From positions 79,197 through 143,196 of the forward strand of contig CAVGNV010000002.1 in assembly GCA_963630695.1 (NCBI GenBank): 64,000 bases of DNA, read 5' to 3'. This document shows positions 29,063 through 39,113 of the stretch, piece after piece. The translations under genes were made by a program, and so were the position numbers. The first letter of the stretch is position 1, and each line of letters opens with the position of its first letter. A model generated the notes under the pieces. The model did no database searches. It saw nothing but the letters and a program-made list of their open reading frames with translations, and was not told where the DNA came from. Origin of the DNA: Paratractidigestivibacter sp. GTDB taxonomy: Bacteria; Bacteroidota; Bacteroidia; Bacteroidales; Bacteroidaceae.

Positions 29063-31384
29063 TTATTTGTATTTCTGTGTACGAGAGTCGCGAATCACAC
29101 CGCTCCAGTTGAGACCGAAGCCGAAGTCGTAGCGGTTGCCCTCTGAATCGAAATAAGGAACCATATCGCGAGGCACGTCTTCCAGCTGCTCTTCCACGGT
29201 CTTCATGTCACGTGGCATCTGGCATGGAAGCAAAGCTGAAGGTTCGTTCTTGCCACTGATGAGGTCAAGGAAAGGCTGGTTGCTGGTACCAAAGCTTACG
29301 AGGATAGCATCGGCTGCCTTCTCAAACTCGGCCACCACTACGGGGCGAGTAGCTGATAGAGCCACTACCACAGGCTTGTTGCCCATAGCCTTCTTGGTGT
29401 CAAGCACCATTTGCAGGTCGTCGCGGTTAGCAGTCTTCACGGTTTTGCCCTTGTAGGTACGGTTGGTGAAGCTCTCTTTAGGATCGCCACCGCCCATACT
29501 CACTTCGCGTGCGAGGGTTGCGGTGTAGTCGTTATACTGCAAACTGATAGGCACATAACCATTGCCACCCTTTGCTACATCGTCTACGTCATAACCAGTG
29601 CCACTCATAGGACCTTCAATAAAGCAGAGAGCAAAGTCGGCTTCAGATGCATTGTCCACCACCTGGTAGTACTTGCTTGCTATATTCAGATCGATAGGAT
29701 ACTCCCAATAGTCCTTGGTCTTGTTGCCGAAGAAGTCGGTCACAGATGGATAATGACGTTTGGGGATATACACCTTTAGACGACTATCCTTGAGCGGAAG
29801 CGTGTTCTGATGATTCTTTAGCATCACGATACTCTTCACCTGAGCCTCATATCCTTTCTGCATAAAGTCCTTGTTGCCAACGATGGCTTTGGTCTCAGCT
29901 ACGTCAAGATAAGGATTTTCAAAGAGACCGGTCTCAAACATCGGCATCAACAAGCGGCGAGCTGACTCACGGATGCGCTTGTTCCAGGCATCATTGCCAA
30001 ACTCCTTGCGGCCCATAGCAAATGCTTCGAGTACAGGACCCTTATCGTTGTTACCGCCAAACTGGTCCACACCGGCTTTCAAGATCTCATAGTGACGCTG
30101 CGCTACCGATAGTGTCTCTACGCCCCAGCACATGCCGCCGAAGTCTTTCACGGCATTGTTGTCACGTGTCACAGCCCAGTCGGTACATACCACACCGTCA
30201 TATCCGTACTTGTTTCGGAGCAGATCGGTCACGATGTAATGGCTGAAGTTGTTACCAACGTTCTTGCCCGATGGGTCGATACCAGTAGCAATGGTGTAGT
30301 AAGGCATGATAGCACCTACTTTTGAGGTAGGTCCGTCAAGTTTGAAAGCACCCTCAAGGAACGATTGTAGGTGCTGATTGAAGTTGTTGCCAGGGTACAC
30401 AGCATACTTACCATAGCAGAAGTGGGCGTCACGTCCGCCTTCTTCAGGACCACCACTAGGCCAGTGTTTCGCCATAGCAATCACGCTTTCGTATCCCCAT
30501 CCGTTGGCAATCTCTTTGTCGCCCTTTGAGGTTTGGAAACCATCAATGTATGCTCTACCAAGGTCAGTGGTAAGGTTTGGATCCCCACCAAAGGTACCAG
30601 TGAATCGTGTCCAACGTGGTTCTGATGCGAGGTCGATCTGTGGAGAGAGGGCTGTGGTGATACCCAATGCACGATATTCTTTGGCTGCTATCTCGCCAAA
30701 CTCTCTGACAATCTCGGGTGAGAAAGTAGCCGCTAGTCCCAAAGAGGTAGGCCAACGAGAGATGTCACCGCCCGCACCATAGTTGTATTCGGCGTTAGCG
30801 GTTGTCTCATGACGAGGGTCAGTGGAGTTGTTGGTAGGGATACCATGTCCTAGACCCTCCACGTATGCTTGCATGTTGTTGCTCCATTTGGCTGCCACCT
30901 CAGAGCTCTTCACCTTAGTTACAAGTACGGCGCGTACGTTGTCTTCCTTGAGAAACTTCTTCTGCAAGTCGCTCAGGTCAGATGCTTTGCAACCACTCTT
31001 GTCGAAAGGCTTGCCTTTATAGGTTGATGCGCCGTAGCCCGTGCTAAGCGCTGGCACCTGTTGATGAGCCGAATAAAGCATCAGTCCGGCTATCTCGTCA
31101 TCGCTAAGTTGGGATGCAAGGTCACGAGCGCGTTCGTCAAAGGAAAGTCGCCAGTCCTCATATTTGTCGAGTTTGCCGTTGCGGTTAAGGTCTTTGAACA
31201 CGCATCCGTCCTTCTCAATGAGTTTCACGCCCGACTTAGGAGAGTAGCCTAGCGTAGGACCGTTGGGCTGTTCCACGAGGTTGTATTGTCCTTTCTTGAT
31301 TTGTTTCCATTTAGGAGCGGCTGCCCACGAGCCTAATACGAGCATCGTTGCAGCAGAAAGAATGAAAATCTGATTTGTCTTCAT
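29063..31384 (-). CDS. GH3 beta-glycosidase (subtype with N-terminal KDLNRNGKLDKYEDWR motif), secreted
   Basis: Signal peptide; STDPRH, SEPRWTRF.GTFG, KHWP.GGPEEGGRDAH, CTDW nucleophile, DQFGG, SIVMLKN. Confidence 0.9.
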   Translation of the reverse strand: MKTNQIFILSAATMLVLGSWAAAPKWKQIKKGQYNLVEQPNGPTLGYSPKSGVKLIEKDGCVFKDLNRNGKLDKYEDWRLSFDERARDLASQLSDDEIAGLMLYSAHQQVPALSTGYGASTYKGKPFDKSGCKASDLSDLQKKFLKEDNVRAVLVTKVKSSEVAAKWSNNMQAYVEGLGHGIPTNNSTDPRHETTANAEYNYGAGGDISRWPTSLGLAATFSPEIVREFGEIAAKEYRALGITTALSPQIDLASEPRWTRFTGTFGGDPNLTTDLGRAYIDGFQTSKGDKEIANGWGYESVIAMAKHWPSGGPEEGGRDAHFCYGKYAVYPGNNFNQHLQSFLEGAFKLDGPTSKVGAIMPYYTIATGIDPSGKNVGNNFSHYIVTDLLRNKYGYDGVVCTDWAVTRDNNAVKDFGGMCWGVETLSVAQRHYEILKAGVDQFGGNNDKGPVLEAFAMGRKEFGNDAWNKRIRESARRLLMPMFETGLFENPYLDVAETKAIVGNKDFMQKGYEAQVKSIVMLKNHQNTLPLKDSRLKVYIPKRHYPSVTDFFGNKTKDYWEYPIDLNIASKYYQVVDNASEADFALCFIEGPMSGTGYDVDDVAKGGNGYVPISLQYNDYTATLAREVSMGGGDPKESFTNRTYKGKTVKTANRDDLQMVLDTKKAMGNKPVVVALSATRPVVVAEFEKAADAILVSFGTSNQPFLDLISGKNEPSALLPCQMPRDMKTVEEQLEDVPRDMVPYFDSEGNRYDFGFGLNWSGVIRDSRTQKYK

Positions 31385-31420
31385 ACGTTAATCTTTGGTT
31401 AGGTTATACTAATATTGCTA

Positions 31421-32458
31421 TTATTTCTTAGAGTAACGGAGTGCCATCTTGGCTTCAAAGTCACCGAACATCAATCGTGTGTCCACGTGTGTATATACCC
31501 GGATGAGTCGACCATTGTGGTTCATGCCGTATGTTCCGTCCTCGTTAATTATAGGACATTGCACATATTGGTAGCTGCTAGAGCAAGGATCGGCTTCGAA
31601 ACCACTTTGAAGGGCAGTCAAGAGCACCAACGGACTGTCGCCCATGATATAACATTCGCCCATTGGGATGTTATACTTCTCACATGTATTGACGGTTTTA
31701 AGAATCTGTTCGCTGATATATTGGCCCACTTTGCCATAAGGCTCTATCTTGAGTTTCATTTCGTCCAAGCCATAAAGGCACTGGCGATATACGTCGCGGG
31801 GCACTTGCCAGATGCGCATCTTGCTGTCATTGAAAATCACGCGACCTGCGGCAATACTCAGATTGAGGTTGTATTCCACCTTCGAGTAGCCTGGAGGAGG
31901 GTAGGCGCTGACACCATTGTATTCCTGTCCGCCTATCCATACCAAGACCACCTTGTCATCAATGGATGGATCCATGAGGTGAGCGCAAGCTATATTGGTC
32001 AAGCTAGCACCGCAAAGCACGTACAGAGGATGGTCGGGTGTGCACTGACGAGCCTCGTCAACGATAGCCTGTGCACCTTGAGAGCGTATCGGTTCGGATG
32101 TAGAGGTTAGACCGGTTTCTGCTCCCGGCACCACCTTTACAGTGCCTTTGAGCCCCATCAGTTCAAGCACCTTTTCGGCTTTCTCGCATGATTCGGTAGC
32201 TTGGTCTTGGCGATTGGTGAATCCTCCCGCTGCAGAAAGGTGTCCGCCTACGATGGCGCGAACATCGCAAGTGGTGCAAAGCATCTGATGTGCCAACTGA
32301 AATAGTCCGTCAGGGTCACCACAAAAGTCGTTATCAATCACCACTTTCACCTTGTTCAGACGATTGGTGGTGCTAGCGTTTGTTGTCTTTTGTGCCCAAG
32401 CTGATGCGCTTAGGGTGAAGAGAAGCAACAGAGCTACTATCTTTTGTATCTTGTTCAT
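31421..32458 (-). CDS. Secreted nucleoside-hydrolase (IUNH)-like protein
   Basis: Signal peptide ASAWA; VVIDNDFCGDPDG N-terminal Asp cluster, ASLTNIACA, VWIGG, EYNL, MGDSPLVL. Confidence 0.78.
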   Translation of the reverse strand: MNKIQKIVALLLLFTLSASAWAQKTTNASTTNRLNKVKVVIDNDFCGDPDGLFQLAHQMLCTTCDVRAIVGGHLSAAGGFTNRQDQATESCEKAEKVLELMGLKGTVKVVPGAETGLTSTSEPIRSQGAQAIVDEARQCTPDHPLYVLCGASLTNIACAHLMDPSIDDKVVLVWIGGQEYNGVSAYPPPGYSKVEYNLNLSIAAGRVIFNDSKMRIWQVPRDVYRQCLYGLDEMKLKIEPYGKVGQYISEQILKTVNTCEKYNIPMGECYIMGDSPLVLLTALQSGFEADPCSSSYQYVQCPIINEDGTYGMNHNGRLIRVYTHVDTRLMFGDFEAKMALRYSKK

Positions 32459-32471
32459 AAGTTAATCGTTT

Positions 32472-32534
32472 AAAAAAGACCGTGCCGCTCCTTATTAATG
32501 CCACATAGGCGACATTTCTTAAAGAGTGGCACGG
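32472..32534 (-). terminator. Intra-operon hairpin plus U-tract after the TonB receptor
   Basis: CCGTGCCGCTC / GAGTGGCACGG stem; TCTTTTTT follows on the minus strand. Confidence 0.65.
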
Positions 32535-32574
32535 CTGCATGAAAAAAGTTAAAATATCTATACTAAAACAACCT

Positions 32575-34860
32575 TTAGAAATTGATGGTCGTAGAGAGTG
32601 ATACCTCGAATGGGCGGATATAAGATCCTGACATGAGGTAGTTCTTATACTTGCTTGTGTCAGTTACAAGGTCAGCAGCGCTGATTGAACCCGTAGCACC
32701 GCTCTGGTTGAAGATGTTCACTACGTTAAGAGCAAAGTTGACCTTCTTGTTCAGTGCATAGCTCAAGCCACCGAATGACTCCCAGTGACCGTTGAAGTAT
32801 AGGCTATTGGTCTTGTTGATGTATTGCTTGCTGAAGTAACGGAAGCTCAACCATACTCGCCACTGCTTCCAAGCGTATGAAGGATCGAGCTCGATGAGGG
32901 TCTTAGACATAGCGGTAACAGTGTTGTCGGTTACGTCTGCACCATCGGTTACACCGTCGGGGAAGGTTGCAAACACCTTAAACTTCTTGTAAACAGGGTT
33001 CTGCAAAGTCAACAATCCATGGAAGGTGAAGCCCTTGAACGGAGTGAGCACTACGTCAGTGGTCCATCCTATGGTCTGAATGTTATAGGTGATAGGCTGT
33101 GTTACGCTCACCTCAGTACCTGCTTTGTAACCACCGCCATCGCTCTGCATGGTGTGATAGAAGTTGGTACGGCTCTTATAGTTGGTCTGAGAGATGAATG
33201 AAACCTGTGATACCAATTGCATCCAAGGTGTGTTGTAGAAGATACCACCGCGTCCCATGTTGATGTTCACTGGTGCTGTGGTAGGCATGCTAGCACCTGC
33301 ATAGTCCTGAAGGTTAGGACGCTGACGAACATAAACATACTCGCCTACGAGACCGAAACCGTGAGAGATGGTGTAACGGATGTTGTATGTGAGGGCTGGG
33401 TTGAGCCAGTCGCCTGTGAAACGAGTCAGTTTGCTGGTTCCGTTGTTGAGATACCAACCCATGGTACGGGTGTTATAGGTATCATTATCGGTTGGGTTCA
33501 AAGCACCACGACCACTATATGCGAGGTATTCGAGGCGTGCACCGAGGCTCATCCACAAGTGGCGTGAAATGGTCCAGTCGTCACTCAGGTAGATAGCCAT
33601 CTTGTTTTCATGACCGTCATAGTACTCACCGCTACCTGGGTTGAAACTCATGTAAGGTTGGAGTTGGCCATCTGAGCTCTTCACATAGAGCTGAGCAGGA
33701 TCTGGACATACCTCATGTGCCATCACGGTGTTCATCTGCTTTACCTGAGCGCGGTTGTACCAGAAGTTGGCACCGATACGCCAAGAGTGTCTTTGGTTCT
33801 TGCTCTTGCCTGTGAGAACTGCAGTGGTGAGCCAAGAACGTTCATATCCAGGAACGTACATCATCCAGCGGTTCTGCACTTTGTCGCCTTTGTATGCGGT
33901 TCCGTCAGCTAGATAGTAGCCGCCATTGTTGTCTACGATACCTGAAACGGCACTCATAGCCATGCTTACATCACCGAGCTTCATCTTGCTGGCTACGTTA
34001 AGGTGTGTTCCACTCTTGAAGTCGTAGTCGAGATTGAAGGTCAACTGATGGTTGTCCGTTGTACCAGCGTCCTTCCATGTGGTCTTTTTCACCTCGCCAG
34101 TGATCACGTCTTTATAGTAGAATGATGAGGCTTCGTTTCCATAATAAGAGTCGGTACCATAGTTGAAACCATTGTATTTCTTCACCGAGCCATCACCTAC
34201 GAATACGAATGGAGCGTAAGAAGAACCATTAGATGTGTATCTAGAGAACTGATAGATCAAGCTCATGTAACCTCTTCCGTCAGCGAAGTGCTTGTCTACA
34301 CCAGCCTTATACACCTGTGTACGGTTTTGTAGGCGAGATGCTTCCATGTGTGCCGTACCTGGATCCCATACCTGATGGGTGTTGACAAAGTAGCCGAAGC
34401 CCTTTGCGATAGGACCGCCAATAGTAGCGTTGACGCTCTGACGACCATATTGGTTGAGCTGATAGTTGACAGTTCCGTTGAATTTGTCACCTGAACGACG
34501 GTGATGGCTATCCACGGTGTAGCCCACTGCACCAAACTGGAGAGCGGTTTCGGAGAGGCTCATCACTGAGATCTTGCTGTAAGCTGTGCCTCCAAACCAA
34601 GAGAAGTAAGGCATATCAGCCCAAACATTGTAGGAAACGGGTAATCCATCTTCGAAGATTGTTGCACTCAAAGATGAGGGTAGACCGATCGAAATCTGTC
34701 GTGGCTGGTCGGCGCTAGATGCGTTGAGCATCACGTTGCGGTTTTTCACCTCCTTTGAATTGTTCTCGGTGGAGTCTTTCTGAGCGGCGTCTTGTGCAAA
34801 AGATGTTGCGGGAAGCAAACAACTCATCAGTGCCAATGCGATGTACTTTTGTTTGTTCAT
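32575..34860 (-). CDS. Atypical TonB-dependent outer-membrane receptor (non-SusC)
   Basis: Signal peptide; short plug-like region (IFEDGLPV); alternating beta-strands (DDWTIS..LGARLEY, FALNVVNIFN); C-terminal Phe; no SusC signature and no SusD neighbour. Confidence 0.78.
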   Translation of the reverse strand: MNKQKYIALALMSCLLPATSFAQDAAQKDSTENNSKEVKNRNVMLNASSADQPRQISIGLPSSLSATIFEDGLPVSYNVWADMPYFSWFGGTAYSKISVMSLSETALQFGAVGYTVDSHHRRSGDKFNGTVNYQLNQYGRQSVNATIGGPIAKGFGYFVNTHQVWDPGTAHMEASRLQNRTQVYKAGVDKHFADGRGYMSLIYQFSRYTSNGSSYAPFVFVGDGSVKKYNGFNYGTDSYYGNEASSFYYKDVITGEVKKTTWKDAGTTDNHQLTFNLDYDFKSGTHLNVASKMKLGDVSMAMSAVSGIVDNNGGYYLADGTAYKGDKVQNRWMMYVPGYERSWLTTAVLTGKSKNQRHSWRIGANFWYNRAQVKQMNTVMAHEVCPDPAQLYVKSSDGQLQPYMSFNPGSGEYYDGHENKMAIYLSDDWTISRHLWMSLGARLEYLAYSGRGALNPTDNDTYNTRTMGWYLNNGTSKLTRFTGDWLNPALTYNIRYTISHGFGLVGEYVYVRQRPNLQDYAGASMPTTAPVNINMGRGGIFYNTPWMQLVSQVSFISQTNYKSRTNFYHTMQSDGGGYKAGTEVSVTQPITYNIQTIGWTTDVVLTPFKGFTFHGLLTLQNPVYKKFKVFATFPDGVTDGADVTDNTVTAMSKTLIELDPSYAWKQWRVWLSFRYFSKQYINKTNSLYFNGHWESFGGLSYALNKKVNFALNVVNIFNQSGATGSISAADLVTDTSKYKNYLMSGSYIRPFEVSLSTTINF

Positions 34861-35055
34861 AATTACGATAGGTAGTTAGTTAGGTTGCGCTTGCTTGTCT
34901 TGGTGTAGACCAACGACACGCAACGATTCGTTGTTTATTTATTTAGGTTTTCTTCTAGTTTTGATTTTGCCGTGTTATAGAGGACCCGGCAGAAAAGGGT
35001 AGGGGTGTTAGATATTGGTCTCCGGGGCGAGAGACCAATAGGATTCTTAGTTAGC

Positions 35056-37401
35056 TTATTTCTTACTGAGGATGTTCAGCTTTGTCTTTGGAGCCAACAC
35101 GTTGTGTACCTTCACCTTTGAAGCCTTGAGCTTCAGTGTGCCTTGGCCCTTGATGTCACGGCTTGAAGCAGCCACCTTTAATGTATATTCGCCTCCGTCA
35201 GCTACCCAAGCGCTGGCTTTCTCGTTGAATGAAGCAAGGTCAGCTTTGGCAACAACCAGTGTGAGGGTCTCGCTCTGTCCAGGGTTGAGGGTCTTGGTCT
35301 TAGCAAAAGCCTTGAGTTCCTGTGCTGGTTTCTCCACTGCGCCCTTAGGAGCGGTAACGTAGAGCTGTACCACTTCCTTGCCAGCGCGACGTCCTGTGTT
35401 AGTGATGGTCACGTTGACGTTAACGTTTTCGCCATTCTCAGCCACTTTCACGTCACTATAACCGAATGTGGTGTAAGATAGACCGTAGCCGAATGGGTAA
35501 GACACCTCTTTGTTGAAAGAGTCGAAGAAACGGTAACCTACATAGATACCTTCGTTGTAATTGGTGTAACCAACGTTTTCAACAGTTTGGTATTTGCTCA
35601 AGGTGCGATCCATAAAGTTTACTTCTACACCATCTGTTGGGAAGTTTTTAGAAGAAGGAATCTCGTCAAAGCCGATAGGCCAACTCATTGGCAACTTGCC
35701 TGAAGGAGTGAGACGACCTGACAAGAGGTCAGCTACAGAGTTACCAAACTCCTGTCCACACTGCCAAGGAAGAAGGATTGCATCAGGGATTTGCTTCCAA
35801 GAAGCAGTCTCAATCACGCCACCTACGTTGAGTACCACAACGGCTTTCTTGCCTGCTTTGTGGAAGGCAGCAGTCACCTTCTGTACCAATTGGAGTTCCT
35901 CAGAAGTGAGGTTGAAGTCTTTTGCGGTGCGGTCAGAACCCTCACCTGATAGGCGCTGGAGAGTGATCACAGCCACATCGTTGCTCTTAACGGCAGCGGC
36001 GAGGTCGTTGTCGCTAGGAACGGTCTCCTTAGGGAGGTCAGCGTTCTGCCACCATTCGCGTGGTGTCTTAGCGATTTCTTCCTTTGCATCCTTGATGTAA
36101 GAGGTATATGCGTTGAGGATAGTCTCATCTACGGTGTAGTTGTTGTTACGCAATCCCTCAACCAACGATACGGTGTAAGCACGGTTTACGTTACCCGAGC
36201 CAGTACCACCGGCAATTGGGTCATAACTTGCTACGCCATAGAGAGCCACGTTCTTGATGTTGCTAGCCAATGGAAGCACCTCATTGTTCTTCAGAAGAAC
36301 GGTTCCTTCAGCAGCAGAAGAGCGTGTAACCTGTGCGTGAGCCTTTAGGTCAGGGTTGTTGCTATACTTATATCCCTTGAAGCGGGGGCTCTTTACTACA
36401 AGCTCCAACACACGACGCACGTTGGTATCAAGCACGCTCTCATTGAGTTTGCCGCTCTTTACAGCTTCCTCGATAGCCACAGCGTCCCCTTCTACACCTG
36501 GTTCGATAAGGTCGTTACCTGCGATCATGTTCGCGGTACGGTCAGCCTTGCCATCTCTCCATACGGGGTCAGTGCCGCCAAACCAGTCGGTCATCACCAA
36601 GCCTTTGTATCCCCACTCGTCTCTAAGGATTGTGGTGAGAAGGTCTTTGCTTTCCGACGTCATCGTACCATTAATCAGATTGTATGACGACATCACCGTC
36701 CAAGGGTTGGATTTCTTTATCGCAATCTCAAATTGCTTAAGGTAAATCTCGCGTGCTGCACGCTGGCTCACACGTGAATCGTTACCCAAACGGCATGTCT
36801 CTTGGTTGTTGAAAGCGAAGTGTTTGATAGATGTGCCTACACCTTGGCTCTGCACACCGTTGATGTAAGCGGCTGCGATGTTACCTGCCAATACGGGATC
36901 TTCAGAGTAATACTCGAAGTTTCTTCCACACAAAGGATTGCGGTGGATACAAGCTCCAGGTGCGAGCAATACGTCAGCACCATATTCCAGCACCTCGTTA
37001 CCGATGGCTGTACCTACGCTTGTTACCAGGTTGACATCCCAACTACTTGCCAAGCAAGTTCCGATAGGGAAGTGGGTGCAATAGTAGGTGTGTGAGTCGT
37101 AAGGGCGGGTAGGGTTGATGCGCAGACCAGCAGGGCCGTCTGACAATACCACTGAAGGGATTCCGAGACGTGGAATGGCTGCGGTGGTTCCTGCAGCGCC
37201 CGGTACCAGTTTGGCGTATGAGCCAAGGTTACCTGTGGTAAGGCCGGCTGAACCTGTTCCAACCACCAATGTTGCTTTTTCTTTAAGTGTCATTGCGTGC
37301 AACACCTCATCGATATTATCTGCACGAAGCTGTGGTGTGTTTTGTGCAGAGAGGACTGTTGCGCAAGCAATAGATGTACACATGGTAATCAATCGTTTCA
37401 T
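35056..37401 (-). CDS. GH3 beta-glucosidase, secreted
   Basis: Signal peptide; LSDGPAGLR, RNPLCGRNFEYYSEDP, KHF, MSSYN, MTDW nucleophile, [12 protein letters not shown], Fn3-like C-terminus. Confidence 0.94.
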   Translation of the reverse strand: MKRLITMCTSIACATVLSAQNTPQLRADNIDEVLHAMTLKEKATLVVGTGSAGLTTGNLGSYAKLVPGAAGTTAAIPRLGIPSVVLSDGPAGLRINPTRPYDSHTYYCTHFPIGTCLASSWDVNLVTSVGTAIGNEVLEYGADVLLAPGACIHRNPLCGRNFEYYSEDPVLAGNIAAAYINGVQSQGVGTSIKHFAFNNQETCRLGNDSRVSQRAAREIYLKQFEIAIKKSNPWTVMSSYNLINGTMTSESKDLLTTILRDEWGYKGLVMTDWFGGTDPVWRDGKADRTANMIAGNDLIEPGVEGDAVAIEEAVKSGKLNESVLDTNVRRVLELVVKSPRFKGYKYSNNPDLKAHAQVTRSSAAEGTVLLKNNEVLPLASNIKNVALYGVASYDPIAGGTGSGNVNRAYTVSLVEGLRNNNYTVDETILNAYTSYIKDAKEEIAKTPREWWQNADLPKETVPSDNDLAAAVKSNDVAVITLQRLSGEGSDRTAKDFNLTSEELQLVQKVTAAFHKAGKKAVVVLNVGGVIETASWKQIPDAILLPWQCGQEFGNSVADLLSGRLTPSGKLPMSWPIGFDEIPSSKNFPTDGVEVNFMDRTLSKYQTVENVGYTNYNEGIYVGYRFFDSFNKEVSYPFGYGLSYTTFGYSDVKVAENGENVNVNVTITNTGRRAGKEVVQLYVTAPKGAVEKPAQELKAFAKTKTLNPGQSETLTLVVAKADLASFNEKASAWVADGGEYTLKVAASSRDIKGQGTLKLKASKVKVHNVLAPKTKLNILSKK

Positions 37402-37441
37402 GTTGCAAAAGTTTAGGTATTCAGTTGATTTATGTTCGATG

Positions 37442-37567
37442 CAAAGTTAATCTACTTTTTTACGACTTTCAATCAGTAGTAAAACGAAAAAGTAAATCCA
37501 TGTAAAATCAACATCCGTTGAATAACAGATAGTTAGCCGGATTAATAAATCTAAAAAAGTAAACTTT
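37442..37567 (-). promoter_or_regulatory. Promoter of the GH3-TonB-NH-GH3 operon with conserved operator boxes
   Basis: -7 TAACTTTG (37442-37449 rc); GTAGTAAA 37476, AAAAGTAAA 37488, TTGAATAACAGAT 37518, AAAAAGTAAACTTT 37554. Confidence 0.75.
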
Positions 37568-38037
37568 TAAAGCCGTTAAGAAAAGGTACAATATTCACTA
37601 TTTCCCCTTTAATTCTATGTTTCGGTGTCCTTTTTCTTCACGTTCTCCTCTACGTAAATTCTCTTTTTAACAGATAATAAATGTGGTTTTGTTTTGTAAA
37701 ATATCCCTACGGCTTATCTATCTTTTCATCTCTTCCTCTATGAATCGCCATCTATTAATATAATAAACATTCTTGGTTAAGTCAGTTGCTACACCCACTG
37801 AACCTAATCTCACCCATATAATTGTACGCATCTGGGTTTTCAGCCCGCTTCGTTAGCAGGTTAAGCGTCATCTTTGATAAACAAATGGTTTAGCAGATAA
37901 AATCATTTGGTATAATGAATGGCATACATTTGGCTACTATTATCGACCTCGTCACCTATTTATATTACACTGAAAAAGTTTTAAAAATTTGGGTGTTTAC
38001 CCAAAAACGATTACTTTTGCATAAAAGATAAACGATT

Positions 38038-38523
38038 ATGAACAATGCCAAACAAGCCCCTAAAAAAGGCTTTTTACATACCAAAACCTTCCGATTAGGT
38101 CTGCTCGCCATTGTGCTTGTTGTCGTAGGAGGATTTGTTTACAACCTTGTTGTTGGCTCATCTGAGCCCACCATCACTCCACAAGAGGCTGAGGATGCCA
38201 ATGTAACAGCACCCGACTATGACAACCTTGATGTCGTAGGCGATTATCTCTGGCCCACATTGAGTGAGAACCGCGACGATTCCTTAGCACGCGTGAAGGC
38301 AGATGAGGAAGCCAAACGCAAAGCCGAGGAAGCCGAGGAAGCGCGTAAGAAAACCATTCCTGAACCTGCCAAACACACGGAGAGTGACGAGGGTGTAGAA
38401 GATGCCGTTGAAAGCCAACCTCAGATTGTTCCCTCCGTACCTCAACGCAACCTTCCTGCCGTGGCAACCTCTAAGGTAGAGCATGTTCAAGCGCCCAAGG
38501 TAGAGTCGGTAGGTAATGATTAA
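38038..38523 (+). CDS. Hypothetical single-pass membrane protein with charged low-complexity tail
   Basis: Basic N-terminus, one TM helix, Glu/Lys/Pro-rich remainder; promoter TTTG(37988)-20bp-TACTTTTG(38012). Confidence 0.7.
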   Translation: MNNAKQAPKKGFLHTKTFRLGLLAIVLVVVGGFVYNLVVGSSEPTITPQEAEDANVTAPDYDNLDVVGDYLWPTLSENRDDSLARVKADEEAKRKAEEAEEARKKTIPEPAKHTESDEGVEDAVESQPQIVPSVPQRNLPAVATSKVEHVQAPKVESVGND

Positions 38524-38561
38524 GGGTTGTCATAGACCCATTTAATGAAAGGAACACTATT

Positions 38562-39113
38562 ATGAAAAGATTTCTGTTTGCCTTATTCGTAGGTCTCTTA
38601 TTGGTGAGTTGTGCTACCACAACCTTTGATTCAGAAGGTCGTCAGCTTAGCAATGCTGATGTGAAACGCGTTACTGCCAATGTGGTGAAGCAACGTTTGG
38701 AGCAACGCCGCTATCGTATCTTTGTAGATTTTATGTACCCCTCACGTACACCCTCTATCCATCTCACAGACGATTGGGGTGTGGAGGTCAGTGGTGATAG
38801 CATTGGCTTGTTCCTGCCTTACTTTGGTAGGGTATACATGGCGCCTATGGGCAAAGGCCCCGGAATGCTGTTTATCGCTCCATTGAAGAGCTATAAGGAA
38901 ACCATCGCTAAGGATGGACATCACCAGATAGTAGCTGAGTGTCGCCATGATATGGACACTTACCAGGTGATTATGGACATATATAATAATGGTGCAGCCG
39001 ATATCTGTGTGATCAACTCTAACCGCGAGTCGATCAGATACACGGGTAAGGTGGATATGGATGGTGTTTTCTTCCCATCAAAGGAAGCCGCTGCTAAACG
39101 CAAACTGCAATGA
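38562..39113 (+). CDS. Lipoprotein, DUF4251-like
   Basis: Lipobox LVSC; GDS..LFLPYFGRVY and final I.YTG motifs. Confidence 0.75.
   Translation: MKRFLFALFVGLLLVSCATTTFDSEGRQLSNADVKRVTANVVKQRLEQRRYRIFVDFMYPSRTPSIHLTDDWGVEVSGDSIGLFLPYFGRVYMAPMGKGPGMLFIAPLKSYKETIAKDGHHQIVAECRHDMDTYQVIMDIYNNGAADICVINSNRESIRYTGKVDMDGVFFPSKEAAAKRKLQ

Noticed and set aside
31415..32110. Long antisense or alternative-frame ORFs (also 25027-25647, 43346-43930, 45068-45622, 45909-46466, 59682-60272)
   Set aside because: Shadows of well-supported genes with no recognisable motifs
18908..38000. Glycoside locus as an integrative island at tRNA-Phe
   Set aside because: No integrase or transposase, and I found no duplicated tRNA 3' end near 37.5-38 kb; adjacency alone is insufficient
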